Source: Antedon mediterranea (lineage: Eukaryota > Animalia > Echinodermata). From it: a DNA stretch of 64,000 nt. The position numbers were made by a program, and so were the translations under genes. Positions within the stretch are counted from its first letter, which is position 1. Each line of letters begins with the position of its first letter. Below, in pieces: positions 1 through 13,000 of this stretch. A model generated the notes under the pieces. That model saw only the letters and a list, made by a program, of their open reading frames with translations, ran no database searches and was not told the DNA's origin. The DNA is taken from the NCBI RefSeq assembly GCF_964355755.1, contig NC_092670.1, positions 50,001 through 114,000 of the forward strand. Reading direction: 5' to 3'.

Positions 1-1656
1 TGAGTTTCACTAGCCCACTGGATGTTTCACTAGTCCGCTTATTGACTAAATCTTACTGGGTATATACTGCACACCTGAATCAAAACTAACTAAACTACTG
101 TAAGTTCTAGTTAGTTTATACAGTAGGCCTATGCTGTAGTTTAAAGGTCAATAACCATACTATCGGCTATTCTTGTACAAAATGTGCCATTAGACTGGAT
201 AGAAACACACATGTTTTAAACAATTTAAAACGAAAAAAAAATTCATAAGACCACAATTTTCAAAGTTATATTATTATTATATTAATATATTTGACTAATA
301 GTTCAAAGGTCAATAGTTGTAGAATCGGTCATTTTTTGTAAAAACATTTCATTATAATAAATATGAATGTATAGTTTCTGAACAATTTGAGCCCTATTTC
401 GTTTCTCTCCGAATATTGGTTACTGAGATACGATAAATCAAGGTCAAAGGTCAAAATGCCAGAAATAAGACTTGCATCCATTTTTTGAGAAAATGTGTCA
501 TTAAAGTGAATATAAAAACATATATTTAAAACATTTTGACACCAAAATTAATTATCTGTGACAAGTGGTTCTCGAGATATAGGGTAATTATAAAAAATGG
601 CCGCCATTTTTAATTATGCAAATTAAAGGCTTAGATGGCCGAATTTCGCTTGGGATCCGCCATATTCGTAATCAGCAAGGTCGAAATATCCTACATCAAG
701 TGGATCCCAGCTTCTACCCAAAAATGCTTCTTGATTCGTTTTCTAGGCTGTTTTTTCAGAAATCTACAACTTACAAGGCCTAGGCCTAGCTAGCTAGGCC
801 TATAATAAATAATATAGGCTAGGGCTAGGCCTAGAACTAGGCCTAGAAATTAAAAACAAAAATTAAGTACCTGTATTTCACAAAGTAATACAAAAAAAAT
901 ATTAATGACAAGTTACTAAGTATCATTTGAATATTACATCTTAAAAATGTAATTAAGGAAAGGGTATTTGGCTGTGTTTACATACGGCGGTCACACACGC
1001 GATGCTTGCTATACCCTAGACCAGCTGCTGGGATGGTGAGACTAGAGCACATGTTTTGTCACTAAATTTGGGTAACCAAATTGGTTGATTTTTTTCGGAG
1101 AAAAAAATTAATTAAAATTCCAAAGACAGAAGTGAAGAATCTTCCTCTAATTAATAAAAATAGGCCTACTTCTATTAAATTTTTTTTTTATTAACTATAT
1201 TTTATACATTAAAATTGATTTGTTCAATAAAAGCAACCATTTGGTTGGTACTTGTTCTGGCTTAAAAGACTAGTTGAGGCATTTATCTGACACCGCACTG
1301 GATACACTGTGAGGTGTAATGGAAGTAAATTGGCACTTGAAAGCAGACAGGGGAATCCCCTTATTGATTGGTGATCGACTTCACACGCTGATTTAAGGAG
1401 CCTGATTAGTTGCTCTCCTTCGTTAACTTTAACGAGGAACGTGATTGCGAAGGCGCTCTATAAAAATGATGGACTACAAATTATTAGGCCAGTGGCTAGA
1501 GTATTTTAATAATGCATTTTAAAAGTCTAGGCCTAAATATTCTCTAGCCTAATTATTTACACACTAGACACCCGGGCTTGTTGGGTGGAAGATTGACTAA
1601 CCCAGAGCAGTTTTAACTAGACATTGTACGCCGGACTAGTGAAATATCGAGCCCTG
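1..1656. mobile_element. Probable non-autonomous TIR DNA transposon (hAT-like), left end cut by the window
   Basis: TTTCACTAGTCCG near 25-37 is the reverse complement of CGGACTAGTGAAA near 1632-1644. The right end reads ...ATATCGAGCCCTG (CAGGGCTCG- terminus on the minus strand). TSD cannot be checked. Confidence 0.5.
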
Positions 1657-4600
1657 CAATATACTTTGCTTCGTCTACACTGTTAGAGAATAATTGAGGG
1701 ACAGTAAAAGTAGTCAATATACTTTGATTAGTCTACACTGTTAGAGAATGATTGAGGGACAGTAAAAGTAGTCAATATACTTTGCTTAGTCTACACTGTT
1801 AGAGAATAATTGAGGGACAGTAAAAGTAGTCAATATACTTTGATTAGTCTACACTGTTAGAGAATGATTGAGGGACAGTAAAAGTAGTCAATATACTTTG
1901 ATTAGTCTACACTGTTAGAGAATGATTGAGGGACAGTAAAAGTAGTCAATATACTTTGATTAGTCTACACTGTTAGAGAATAATTGAGGGACAGTAAAAG
2001 TAATCAATATACTTTGATTAGTCTACACTGTTAGAGAATAATTGAGGGACAGTAAAAGTAGTCAATATACTTTGCTTAGTCTACACTGTTAGAGAATAAT
2101 TGAGGGACAGTAAAAGTAGTCAATATACTTTGATTAGTCTACACTGTTAGAGAATAATTGAGGGACAGTAAAAGTAGTCAATATACTTTGATTAGTCTAC
2201 ACTGTTAGAGAATGATTGAGGGACAGTAAAAGTAGTCAATATACTTTGATTAGTCTACACTGTTAGAGAATAATTGAGGGACAGTAAAAGTAGTCAATAT
2301 ACTTTGATTAGTCTACACTGTTAGAGAATGATTGAGGGACAGTAAAAGTAGTCAATATACTTTGCTTAGTCTACACTGTTAGAGAATAATTGAGGGACAG
2401 TAAAAGTAGTCAATATACTTTGATTAGTCTACACTGTTAGAGAATAATTGAGGGACAGTAAAAGTAGTCAATATACTTTGATTAGTCTACACTGTTAGAG
2501 AATAATTGAGGGACAGTAAAAGTAGTCAATATACTTTGCTTAGTCTACACTGTTAGAGAATAATTGAGGGACAGTAAAAGTAGTCAATATACTTTGATTA
2601 GTCTACACTGTTAGAGAATAATTGAGGGACAGTAAAAGTAGTCAATATACTTTGCTTAGTCTACACTGTTAGAGAATAATTGAGGGACAGTAAAAGTAGT
2701 CAATATACTTTGATTAGTCTACACTGTTAGAGAATGATTGAGGGACAGTAAAAGTAGTCAATATACTTTGATTAGTCTACACTGTTAAAGAATGATTGAG
2801 GGACAGTAAAAGTAGTCCATATACTTTGCTTCGTCTACACTGTTAGAGAATAATTGAGGGACAGTAAAAGTAGTCAATATACTTTGATTAGTCTACACTG
2901 TTAAAGAATGATTGAGGGACAGTAAAAGTAGTCAATATACTTTGATTAGTCTACACTGTTAGAGAATAATTGAGGGACAGTAAAAGTAGTCAATATACTT
3001 TGCTTAGTCTACACTGTTAGAGAATAATTGAGGGACAGTAAAAGTAGTCAATATACTTTGATTAGTCTACACTGTTAGAGAATAATTGAGGGACAGTAAA
3101 AGTAGTCAATATACTTTGATTAGTCTACACTGTTAGAGAATAATTGAGGGACAGTAAAAGTAGTCAATATACTTTGATTAGTCTACACTGTTAGAGAATG
3201 ATTGAGGGACAGTAAAAGTAGTCCATATACTTTGATTAGTCTACACTGTTAGAGAATAATTGAGGGACAGTAAAAGTAGTCCATATACTTTGATTAGTCT
3301 ACACTGTTAGAGAATGATTGAGGGACAGTAAAAGTAGTCCATATACTTTGATTAGTCTACACTGTTAGAGAATGATTGAGGGACAGTAAAAGTAGTCAAT
3401 ATACTTTGATTAGTCTACACTGTTAGAGAATAATTGAGGGACAGTAAAAGTAGTCAATATACTTTGATTAGTCTACACTGTTAGAGAATAATTGAGGGAC
3501 AGTAAAAGTAGTCAATATACTTTGCTTAGTCTACACTGTTAGAGAATGATTGAGGGACAGTAAAAGTAGTCAATATACTTTGATTAGTCTACACTGTTAG
3601 AGAATGATTGAGGGACAGTAAAAGTAGTCAATATACTTTGATTAGTCTACACTGTTAGAGAATAATTGAGGGACAGTAAAAGTAGTCAATATACTTTGAT
3701 TAGTCTACACTGTTAGAGAATAATTGAGGGACAGTAAAAGTAGTCAATATACTTTGATTAGTCTACACTGTTAGAGAATGATTGAGGGACAGTAAAAGTA
3801 GTCCATATACTTTGATTAGTCTACACTGTTAGAGAATGATTGAGGGACAGTAAAAGTAGTCAATATACTTTGCTTAGTCTACACTGTTAGAGAATAATTG
3901 AGGGACAGTAAAAGTAGTCAATATACTTTGATTAGTCTACACTGTTAGAGAATAATTGAGGGACAGTAAAAGTAGTCTAATATACTTTGATTAGTCTACA
4001 CTGTTAGAGAATAATTGAGGGACAGTAAAAGTAGTCAATATACTTTGATTAGTCTACACTGTTAGAGAATAATTGAGGGACAGTAAAAGTAGTCAATATA
4101 CTTTGATTAGTCTACACTGTTAAAGAATGATTGAGGGACAGTAAAAGTAGTCAATATACTTTGATTAGTCTACACTGTTAGAGAATGATTGAGGGACAGT
4201 AAAAGTAGTCAATATACTTTGATTAGTCTACACTGTTAGAGAATAATTGAGGGACAGTAAAAGTAGTCAATATACTTTGATTAGTCTACACTGTTAGAGA
4301 ATAATTGAGGGACAGTAAAAGTAGTCAATATACTTTGATTAGTCTACACTGTTAGAGAATAATTGAGGGACAGTAAAAGTAGTCAATATACTTTGATTAG
4401 TCTACACTGTTAGAGAATAATTGAGGGACAGTAAAAGTAGTCAATATACTTTGCTTAGTCTACACTGTTAGAGAATAATTGAGGGACAGTAAAAGTAGTC
4501 AATATACTTTGATTAGTCTACACTGTTAGAGAATAATTGAGGGACAGTAAAAGTAGTCAATATACTTTGATTAGTCTACACTGTTAAAGAATGATTGAGG

Positions 4601-6118
4601 GACAGTAAAAGTAGTCAATATACTTTGCTTAGTCTACACTGTTAGAGAATAATTGAGGGACAGTAAAAGTAGTCAATATACTTTGATTAGTCTACACTGT
4701 TAGAGAATGATTGAGGGACAGTAAAAGTAGTCAATATACTTTGATTAGTCTACACTGTTAGAGAATAATTGAGGGACAGTAAAAGTAGTCAATATACTTT
4801 GATTAGTCTACACTGTTAGAGAATAATTGAGGGACAGTAAAAGTAGTCAATATACTTTGATTAGTCTACACTGTTAGAGAATGATTGAGGGACAGTAAAA
4901 GTAGTCAATATACTTTGATTAGTCTACACTGTTAGAGAATGATTGAGGGACAGTAAAAGTAGTCAATATACTTTGCTTAGTCTACACTGTTAGAGAATAA
5001 TTGAGGGACAGTAAAAGTAGTCAATATACTTTGATTAGTCTACACTGTTAGAGAATAATTGAGGGACAGTAAAAGTAGTCAATATACTTTGCTTAGTCTA
5101 CACTGTTAGAGAATAATTGAGGGACAGTAAAAGTAGTCAATATACTTTGATTAGTCTACACTGTTAGAGAATAATTGAGGGACAGTAAAAGTAGTCAATA
5201 TACTTTGATTAGTCTACACTGTTAAAGAATGATTGAGGGACAGTAAAAGTAGTCAATATACTTTGCTTAGTCTACACTGTTAGAGAATAATTGAGGGACA
5301 GTAAAAGTAGTCAATATACTTTGATTAGTCTACACTGTTAGAGAATGATTGAGGGACAGTAAAAGTAGTCAATATACTTTGATTAGTCTACACTGTTAGA
5401 GAATAATTGAGGGACAGTAAAAGTAGTCAATATACTTTGCTTAGTCTACACTGTTAGAGAATAATTGAGGGACAGTAAAAGTAGTCCATATACTTTGATT
5501 AGTCTACACTGTTAGAGAATGATTGAGGGACAGTAAAAGTAGTCAATATACTTTGATTAGTCTACACTGTTAGAGAATAATTGAGGGACAGTAAAAGTAG
5601 TCCATATACTTTGCTTCGTCTACACTGTTAGAGAATGATTGAGGGACAGTAAAAGTAGTCAATATACTTTGATTAGTCTACACTGTTAGAGAATAATTGA
5701 GGGACAGTAAAAGTAGTCCATATACTTTGCTTCGTCTACACTGTTAGAGAATGATTGAGGGACAGTAAAAGTAGTCAATATACTTTGATTAGTCTACACT
5801 GTTAGAGAATAATTGAGGGACAGTAAAAGTAGTCCATATACTTTGCTTCGTCTACACTGTTAGAGAATGATTGAGGGACAGTAAAAGTAGTCCATATACT
5901 TTGATTAGTCTACACTGTTAGAGAATAATTGAGGGACAGTAAAAGTAGTCCATATACTTTGATTAGTCTACACTGTTAAAGAATAATTGAGGGACAGTAA
6001 AAGTAGTCAATATACTTTGATTAGTCTACACTGTTAGAGAATGATTGAGGGACAGTAAAAGTAGTCCATATACTTTGATTAGTCTACACTGTTAGAGAAT
6101 AATTGAGGGACAGTAAAA
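1657..6118. repeat. 58-bp tandem array, ~77 copies
   Basis: Unit AATATACTTTGATTAGTCTACACTGTTAGAGAATAATTGAGGGACAGTAAAAGTAGTC repeats head-to-tail with few SNP variants. Confidence 0.97.
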
Positions 6119-6528
6119 TAGTGCTTATGTATTGACCATGGTTATGCTTTTTCAGAGGGACAATATTTATATCTTTAAAAGATCAAGTTATAAAGCAGTA
6201 CACCCTTTATTACTTACTAAAGGATAATACTTGTTGAACATCAGATATCCTTCAAAGGTCAAAGTAAATATGTCTACTTGAGAAAGGTTTCTATTTACAA
6301 CAGCTTCACTAGAATAGTAGAAGAAAAACACATTTTTTATTGCAAATATAAATTGATATTTCGTGCCGTTCTAAATGCCTTTAATTTATATTTTATTTAT
6401 AATTTATTAATTGGCAGTATTTTGTATACAAAAAGTGTTACATTTTTTGTTTTAATCTGAATCATTTTTATGTGTAAAAGTGGGTGCCATGAAAGGGAAT
6501 AAAAATAAAATTTTTCTTTCTATTTTAG

Positions 6529-6643
6529 AGTCTGCCCAAGGAAGGTTTTAGCAATGAGCAAGCCGATCCAGTTATTGCACCGGCTACAACAAATCGATAA
6601 TGATGTGACACTGACAGTAAATAATACAAATAGTAACAAGTAG
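6529..6643 (+). CDS. Possible terminal coding exon of an unidentified upstream gene
   Basis: Strong polypyrimidine acceptor TTTTTCTTTCTATTTTAG| followed by a GC-richer open stretch (VCPRKVLAMSKPIQLLHRLQQIDNDV... or SLPKEGFSNEQADPVIAPATTNR*). Frame and identity not recognised. Confidence 0.3.
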
Positions 6644-7487
6644 TGCACTCGGTTTATTGCATGTCTATTGATAGACAAAGGGTACACGTTGTATAACCAG
6701 TAATTTCTCTTGCCTTGTATAACAAATTAATGTTACTCTAAACACTGTTAAAACACTTTTTTTTATAGCATAGCAAATTAACAGAAATAAGACTTCAAAG
6801 TTATATTCAATAGAACCAACGAATACACTTACTGTGTTTATACATGATAATACAATATTACACATATTTTGTAGTATAATATTCAGGGTACACCCATTGA
6901 AAATTAAAATGTACTAATTTATTCAGATTTCATAGACGGACAGAAGGTAGCAAATGCTGATTGTATAAAACTATACAAGATAGACCAAACTAGGCTACAA
7001 ATAATTATTATTGTTCATGAATTCTGTGACAGGCTACTCAGTATAAGAATAATATTCTGTAGTACAAAATGGTGGTTATACATTAAAGTTTTGTTCATTG
7101 AAATGAATATACAGTCACAGAATTTCCTACCACCAAAGCGAGGTATTTGGGATTACAAATCGAATGTATTATCCACCAAAAACATAAACAATTAAGATTA
7201 ATAAAATCAGACTTTGCATAGGCCATTTTGCAGTTTTAATCAAGTTATTCACTGATACATGTATAAAAAGATGAAATAAAGTTTAGTTTTTGTCACCCTT
7301 CATTAACCGTGTACATTGTGGCATAACGGGTAGTGTTTTAGTAACTATCATTTGAATTCTCTAAAAGCTGGGGTTTGAATCTCTACGATTTTTTTTTTAA
7401 TGTATAAAAAAATGTTTTTCTTAGTCTATTTTATCTGATGAAATACCAACTGACACGCGTTACCCTTATCAATATCAGAAATCAGAT

Positions 7488-7735
7488 ATTTTGCTAAGAA
7501 CTGGTAAAATTGAGATACTGTAGGACGGTATTTCATTGGACCCCTTTTTCAAGACTGGTTGAACTCGAGCACACTTTAACAGATTTAGAAATAGACAGTT
7601 ATTAAATGATAAATTTAAATATATAACACAAGGGATTTAAAATATGTAATGATGCAATTGAAATTAATTTTGCTGGTAGACCATCTGATCCAGTTGCTTT
7701 ATTTTGGTCGATTTTACAAATTAAATTAAATAAGT
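7488..7735 (-). pseudogene. Degraded LINE (CR1/L2-like) reverse transcriptase fragment
   Basis: Minus-strand translation KIDQNKATGSDGLPAKLI...ILNPLCYIF, then after disruptions ARVQPVLKKG...ISILPVLSKI. These match the N-terminal motifs of non-LTR RTs. Confidence 0.8.
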
Positions 7736-8104
7736 ACCGCATTAACAGTGATAGATTCAAGAAAAAAAGAATTTGGAAAGGGATTGGCCAGATACCGAGA
7801 AAAACATTTTTGTGAGGGGGGAATTTCGTTTGCAAGTATATAATTCTGCTGCGGACTGCGACTATAATCGCAACCCACCTATCATCTAGTTTACACTGGA
7901 TCTCCCGTTTGTAATGGAAAATAGAAAAAAATAAAATAACAGAAACTAAAGAGTTGAACGTAATATAAACGAGCCTATGTAATGGTATTAAAGAGCCACA
8001 GATGTTTTGGGAGAGGCGAATTGTAAAAGGACGAAAGGTAAAACAGCGGAAGAAGGCAGCAACGGCGTTCCATAGATCTCTACCAACGACGACACCGCCA
8101 GCTC

Positions 8105-9830
8105 GAGCTATATTTCCTATACCATCCTGGCTAGTTGAGAATTCTCAACTATTTTATGTTTTTTTCTACCTTTCTGGAAAATGATATAATCCAAATTGTA
8201 TTAATACTACCAGTAGTAAACATTTAGAAACACTTGCATATCTTCACTAATTTTAGTTGTTTGTAGTTTAAGACAATCTTAGTGATATTTAAATGAAAAC
8301 AATACGATAAAAACTATTGTGTCTGTATTTTACAAGACTATGACTTCCGTATAACGTGCATTGTGGGTACTTCAATTTTTATAGAAAAGCTAGGGAATCC
8401 TAATTTAGTAGGCAGCATATGGGGGCGGGGCAACCAAACTTGCTCATCAAATCAAAGCACAGTAAAGCAAAGGATAAAATTAATGTACAATCCAGTTTAC
8501 CACTGTTCTCAACTATAGTCATTTTGGTATACTTGAGCACAGTGATAATACAACAGAAATTTAGCACAGTGTTTTACTATATAACCAGATAAATAATAGG
8601 AAACATTTAATAATTTGATAAATGACATTTAAATAGCAATTTAGGTAAATGTCTTTTGAAATGAAATTAAATAAATTATAACCAATTTGGTTAGAGTAAA
8701 ACACAATGATAAAGAATAGGAAACATTTAATAATATGATAAATTACATTTACATAGCAATTTAGCACTGTGTTTTACTATAACCAATTTGGTTAGAGTAA
8801 AACACAATGATAAAGAATAAGAAACATTTAATAATATGATAAATGACATTTACATAGCAATTTATCACTGTGTTTTACTATAACCAATTTGGTTAGAGTA
8901 AAGCACAATGATAAAGAATAGGAAACATTTAATAATATGATAAATGACATTCACATAGAAATTTATCACTGTGTTTTACTATAACCAATTTGGTTAGAGT
9001 AAAGCACAATGATAATAGGAAACATTTAATAATATGATAAATTACATTTACATAGCAATTTATCACTGTGTTTTACTATAACCAATTTGGTTAGAGTAAA
9101 ACACAATGATAAAGAATAGGAAACATTTAATATGATAAATGACATTTACATAGTAATTTATCACTGTGTTTTGATAGTGTTTTTGTAGTTTTTGATAGCA
9201 CACATTGGTTAAATAATTTCTTTCTCAGTGACATTGGTATACTTTTGTCAGTCAAGTTATTAAAATCACTGATGTGGCTTGAAACTATTTTTTCTTTTGG
9301 TTTGCGGATGGAGTAATCGATATTGAACATATATACCAAGTTTGAAATATTTTTAAATTCCAGAAGTATTTTTTCTCGATGTTTTTGTATGTGACTATTT
9401 CCCTGTGCTCCCATTGGTGCCAAATTGGGTCCACAGTGTATAGTATTAACATACGAAAAGATATTAAAATTTAGTGACTTATTTCTATTTTATATCACTG
9501 TGCTCCCCTGGCTCCAAATCGGGTCCACTTGAGCACAGTGTATTACCATACGAAAAGATATTAAAATTCAGTGACTTAATTCTATTTTATATCACTGTGC
9601 TTCACTGGCTCCAAATTGGGCCCACTTCTTGAGCACAGTGTATTAACATACGAAAAGATATTAAAATTCAGTGACTTATTTTCTATTTTATATCACTGTG
9701 CTCCACTGGCTCCAAATTGGTTCCACTTGAGCACAGTGTATTAACATACGAAAATATATTAAAATGCAGTGACTTATTTCTATTTTATATCACTGTGCTC
9801 CACTAGTGCTAAATTTGGTCCACTGGAGCA
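8105..9830 (+). mobile_element. Truncated or variant copy of the left end of the 19014-29987 foldback element, with diverged internal tandem repeats
   Basis: 8105-~8548 is nearly identical to 19014-~19450 (GAGCTATATTTCCTATACCATCCTGGCTAGTTGAGAATTCTCAACTA...). It is followed by ~100-bp arrays at 8560-9170 and 9415-9830. No right TIR was found. Confidence 0.8.
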
Positions 9831-10047
9831 GCTACCGTAGTACTATTTCTGTTTCGGAAGTAAATAAAGGCATAAATGGCGCTCCGTAGAAGTAGAGAAT
9901 GCTCGATCGTCGAAATGACGCTCTGAATATACCTCCCATCCCACCACCACACACACACAGCATGCAGCACAAACTAGCACACGTCGTCACACGACACGCA
10001 CGGGACGCGACGCGACGCCTAGGCCTCTAAGATACTCTGCTGGTAAA

Positions 10048-13000
10048 ATGGAAGAAGACCTAACTTTGGAGGATTCGACGGTTCCCAGTAAATCTACTTA
10101 TACTATTGAAAGTAACTCATCCATTATATATATAGTTTTATTTGATGATATAAGCCTTAAATTGTTTTGTATATATTATATTGAGAGAATTAATATAGGG
10201 CTAGGCCTAGGCCTACTAGGGAAACTTGTGTGCTCAACCATATGTTCATTAAATCATCGAGGAGGAGTCTAGGCCTTAGCTCCTCGTCTAGTAGGCTAGG
10301 CCACATGTCTAGACCTTGGCCTAGAGTAGTAGAACTAAGCGATTATTTTTGTCGCGATTTTTTTGGTAGCACATTTTGGACTGTGATAATGTAAATGTTA
10401 ATCGCAATTTGAAATTGTGCAAAGATTTATTTTCCTTTGTCCAATTTTAACCAAAAATACTTTTGCGCATAAAATTAATTCGGATTGATGCAAATAAATC
10501 ACGGTCAGTCTAATTACCAAAAATAACCGAAAACAACCATAAACAACCGAAAACAACCATAAACAACCGAAAACAAACCGAAAACAACATAAAATAATCT
10601 AAATACTGAAAACAAATTTGTATAATATTTTTTAAATGTCGCCCTCTATTGATGGGTGTTTCTAAATCTAAGACCATAACAGAGACAAAAAACCGCGCGC
10701 GCAAAAGCCAAGGAAGACCCTACGATGGTAGTGTGCACAAAATACAACTAAAAACCGTACAATCAATCAATTGATAACATCGCATTTACTTGCAGAATTT
10801 ATAAAAATATTTTAATTTTAGTCTTTCGATTTTTGATCCAGAAACCAGCGCATTACTCCTTTACAATAATTATGAATATGTTAATCCATAGTATAGAAAG
10901 TAAATTGACTATGGTTAATCATGATCAATTTAATTATAGATTTTCAAATATAATTATACAAAGATACTAGGGACTATAAAGTATACTTAAAAGAAGCTCA
11001 CTATAAAGGATTCACAATAAAATCTATTCAGTAAAATTACTGTAGTCGAGTAAATAACGTTTTTATCCTTAATCGCTTCAGTATTCACTTAAGTGACAAA
11101 ACCGGGGACGAAAACGCAAAGTTAGGTAAAAATCATGCTTTGTTTTTTAAAAGACTAAAAACGAAATGTGTTTATAGATTTTGTAAGTAAATGTAGTCTA
11201 CGGTGTATTTCATTGAATTTGTACGATTTTGAGTTGTATTTTAATTTTGTGCACACTACCATTTCGTAGGGTCTTCCATGATTTTTGCGCCTCTGTGTAT
11301 GGTCTTAGCTTTAGAAACACCCATCAATAGAGGGCGACATTAAAAAAAATATTATACAAAATTTGTTTTTGGTATTTAGATTTTTAAAATTTTGTTTTCG
11401 GTTTGTTTTCGGTTTGTTTACGGTTGTTTTCGGTTGTTTGTGGTTATTTTCGGTTGTTTTCGGTAATTAGACTGACCCAATAAATCATGCATAACATAAT
11501 TATAATATTCGCCGTGCGGCGTGGTTAGGATTCCGGCACCGGAACTCAACTGCCCACCGTTAGGGAATCCGACACGCTATTGCGCATGCTCAGAGCGAAG
11601 TAATTACAGCTTGCACTTCTAGTGCAGTGCTGCCACAGACCGCGCACCACACACGCCACCGAGAGTCGGAGTGTTAACTAGGGATTTACTGTAGCCTAGT
11701 TAGTCGTTGCACGGGGGAGAGAGCGATGGATGAAACTTGGCCTTGGCCATAAATGAATTAATAATTAAAATACGACTACGCCACGCGTTTAAATAATTAT
11801 TTTGATATTGATAATAAGAATCAGTATCTATCTAGGAATCGTAATGCTGTAATTTTATTAGACAGAGGAAGTATGAAGTTCGAAACGGGAGAAAAACACA
11901 GGCCTGCCCTAGTGTCATAACGCTTGCGTATTTCAAGAAATGTACGAAAGTGAATAGCGTACTGTAGCGCTGCGACTAAGACTTCCCGAACAGTTCTGTT
12001 TTATCACATCGCCGCGCGGCGGCTGCTGTCAACAATTAAATCAACTTGTATACGATTGCATGTTATGTACAGTATAATGTATTATATGAAATCTTTTATT
12101 TTGTACTTGAAAAATCATAAAACTAGTCCTGTCAGATCGAGATATGCCTTTGTTGCAAATGCTATTCATATAATTAATTCACGTCACCATCGATAAAATT
12201 TTATGTAATACAAGACTACAGTATGTGTAAACAATGAAACTTTATAAAATGTTTTTATATATTTTTAATATTTTTAAACGTTTTTAGCATTTTTAGCCTA
12301 TTTGAAATTTTAGCAATTTATAAATTGTAAGGTTTTAGGAACATTCTAATGGTTTGAATCCTTTTAAAGCTGTTTTAAACTATTTTAATCTCCTGAATCC
12401 TATTCAATTTTAATACCTTGTCATTTTTACACCGTGTTTCATAACTTATATTTTTTTTTTTTTGCAATTATGTGTGTGTACATAATATATTATATTGTAT
12501 ATATCTATTTATTATTTTACTAATAATTGTCAATCTTCAAGAAGAATTTCTGTTGTTATTTTATGATGATGGACAAATAAAGCTATTCAGTATGTAATTA
12601 TAATTAATATTCATAATTATATGTAGTTTATATATGAATGAATTAAGCAACCACTTTTTAATTAATATTCATAATTATATGTAGTTTATATATGAATGAA
12701 TTAAGCAACCACTTTTTAATTACGAAATAAATAGGCCCACTGGTCACATCTAGCTGGTAGGCCTACTACTAGTACTAGTATTAGTTAGTAGGCATCTAGG
12801 CTAGTTCGCCGCGTGGCGCAACCAACTATTAAATGATCCATCGCTGTTACAGTAGTCTTCTGTGCAGAGTATAGAGAGCCGCCGATTACCTCGCTCTGAG
12901 CATGCGCAATAGCGTGTTGAATTCCCTATCGGTGAGCAGTTGAGTTCCGGTGCCGGAATCCTAACCACGGCGTATAATATTTCATATTCTCCACTAGGCC

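Noticed and set aside
1657-6118. CRISPR-like appearance of the regular arrays (also 19360-23270, 46406-50492, 57056-64000)
   Set aside because: No unique spacers, no cas genes, and a eukaryotic spliced-gene context. These are plain tandem repeats.
6215-6310. Minus-strand exon-like segment (EAVVNRNLSQVDIFTLTFEGYLMFNKYYPL with AG/GT borders)
   Set aside because: No recognisable homology or partner exons. It could be chance in AT-rich DNA.
12601-12722. ~59-bp two-copy duplication
   Set aside because: Ordinary local duplication inside a transposon.
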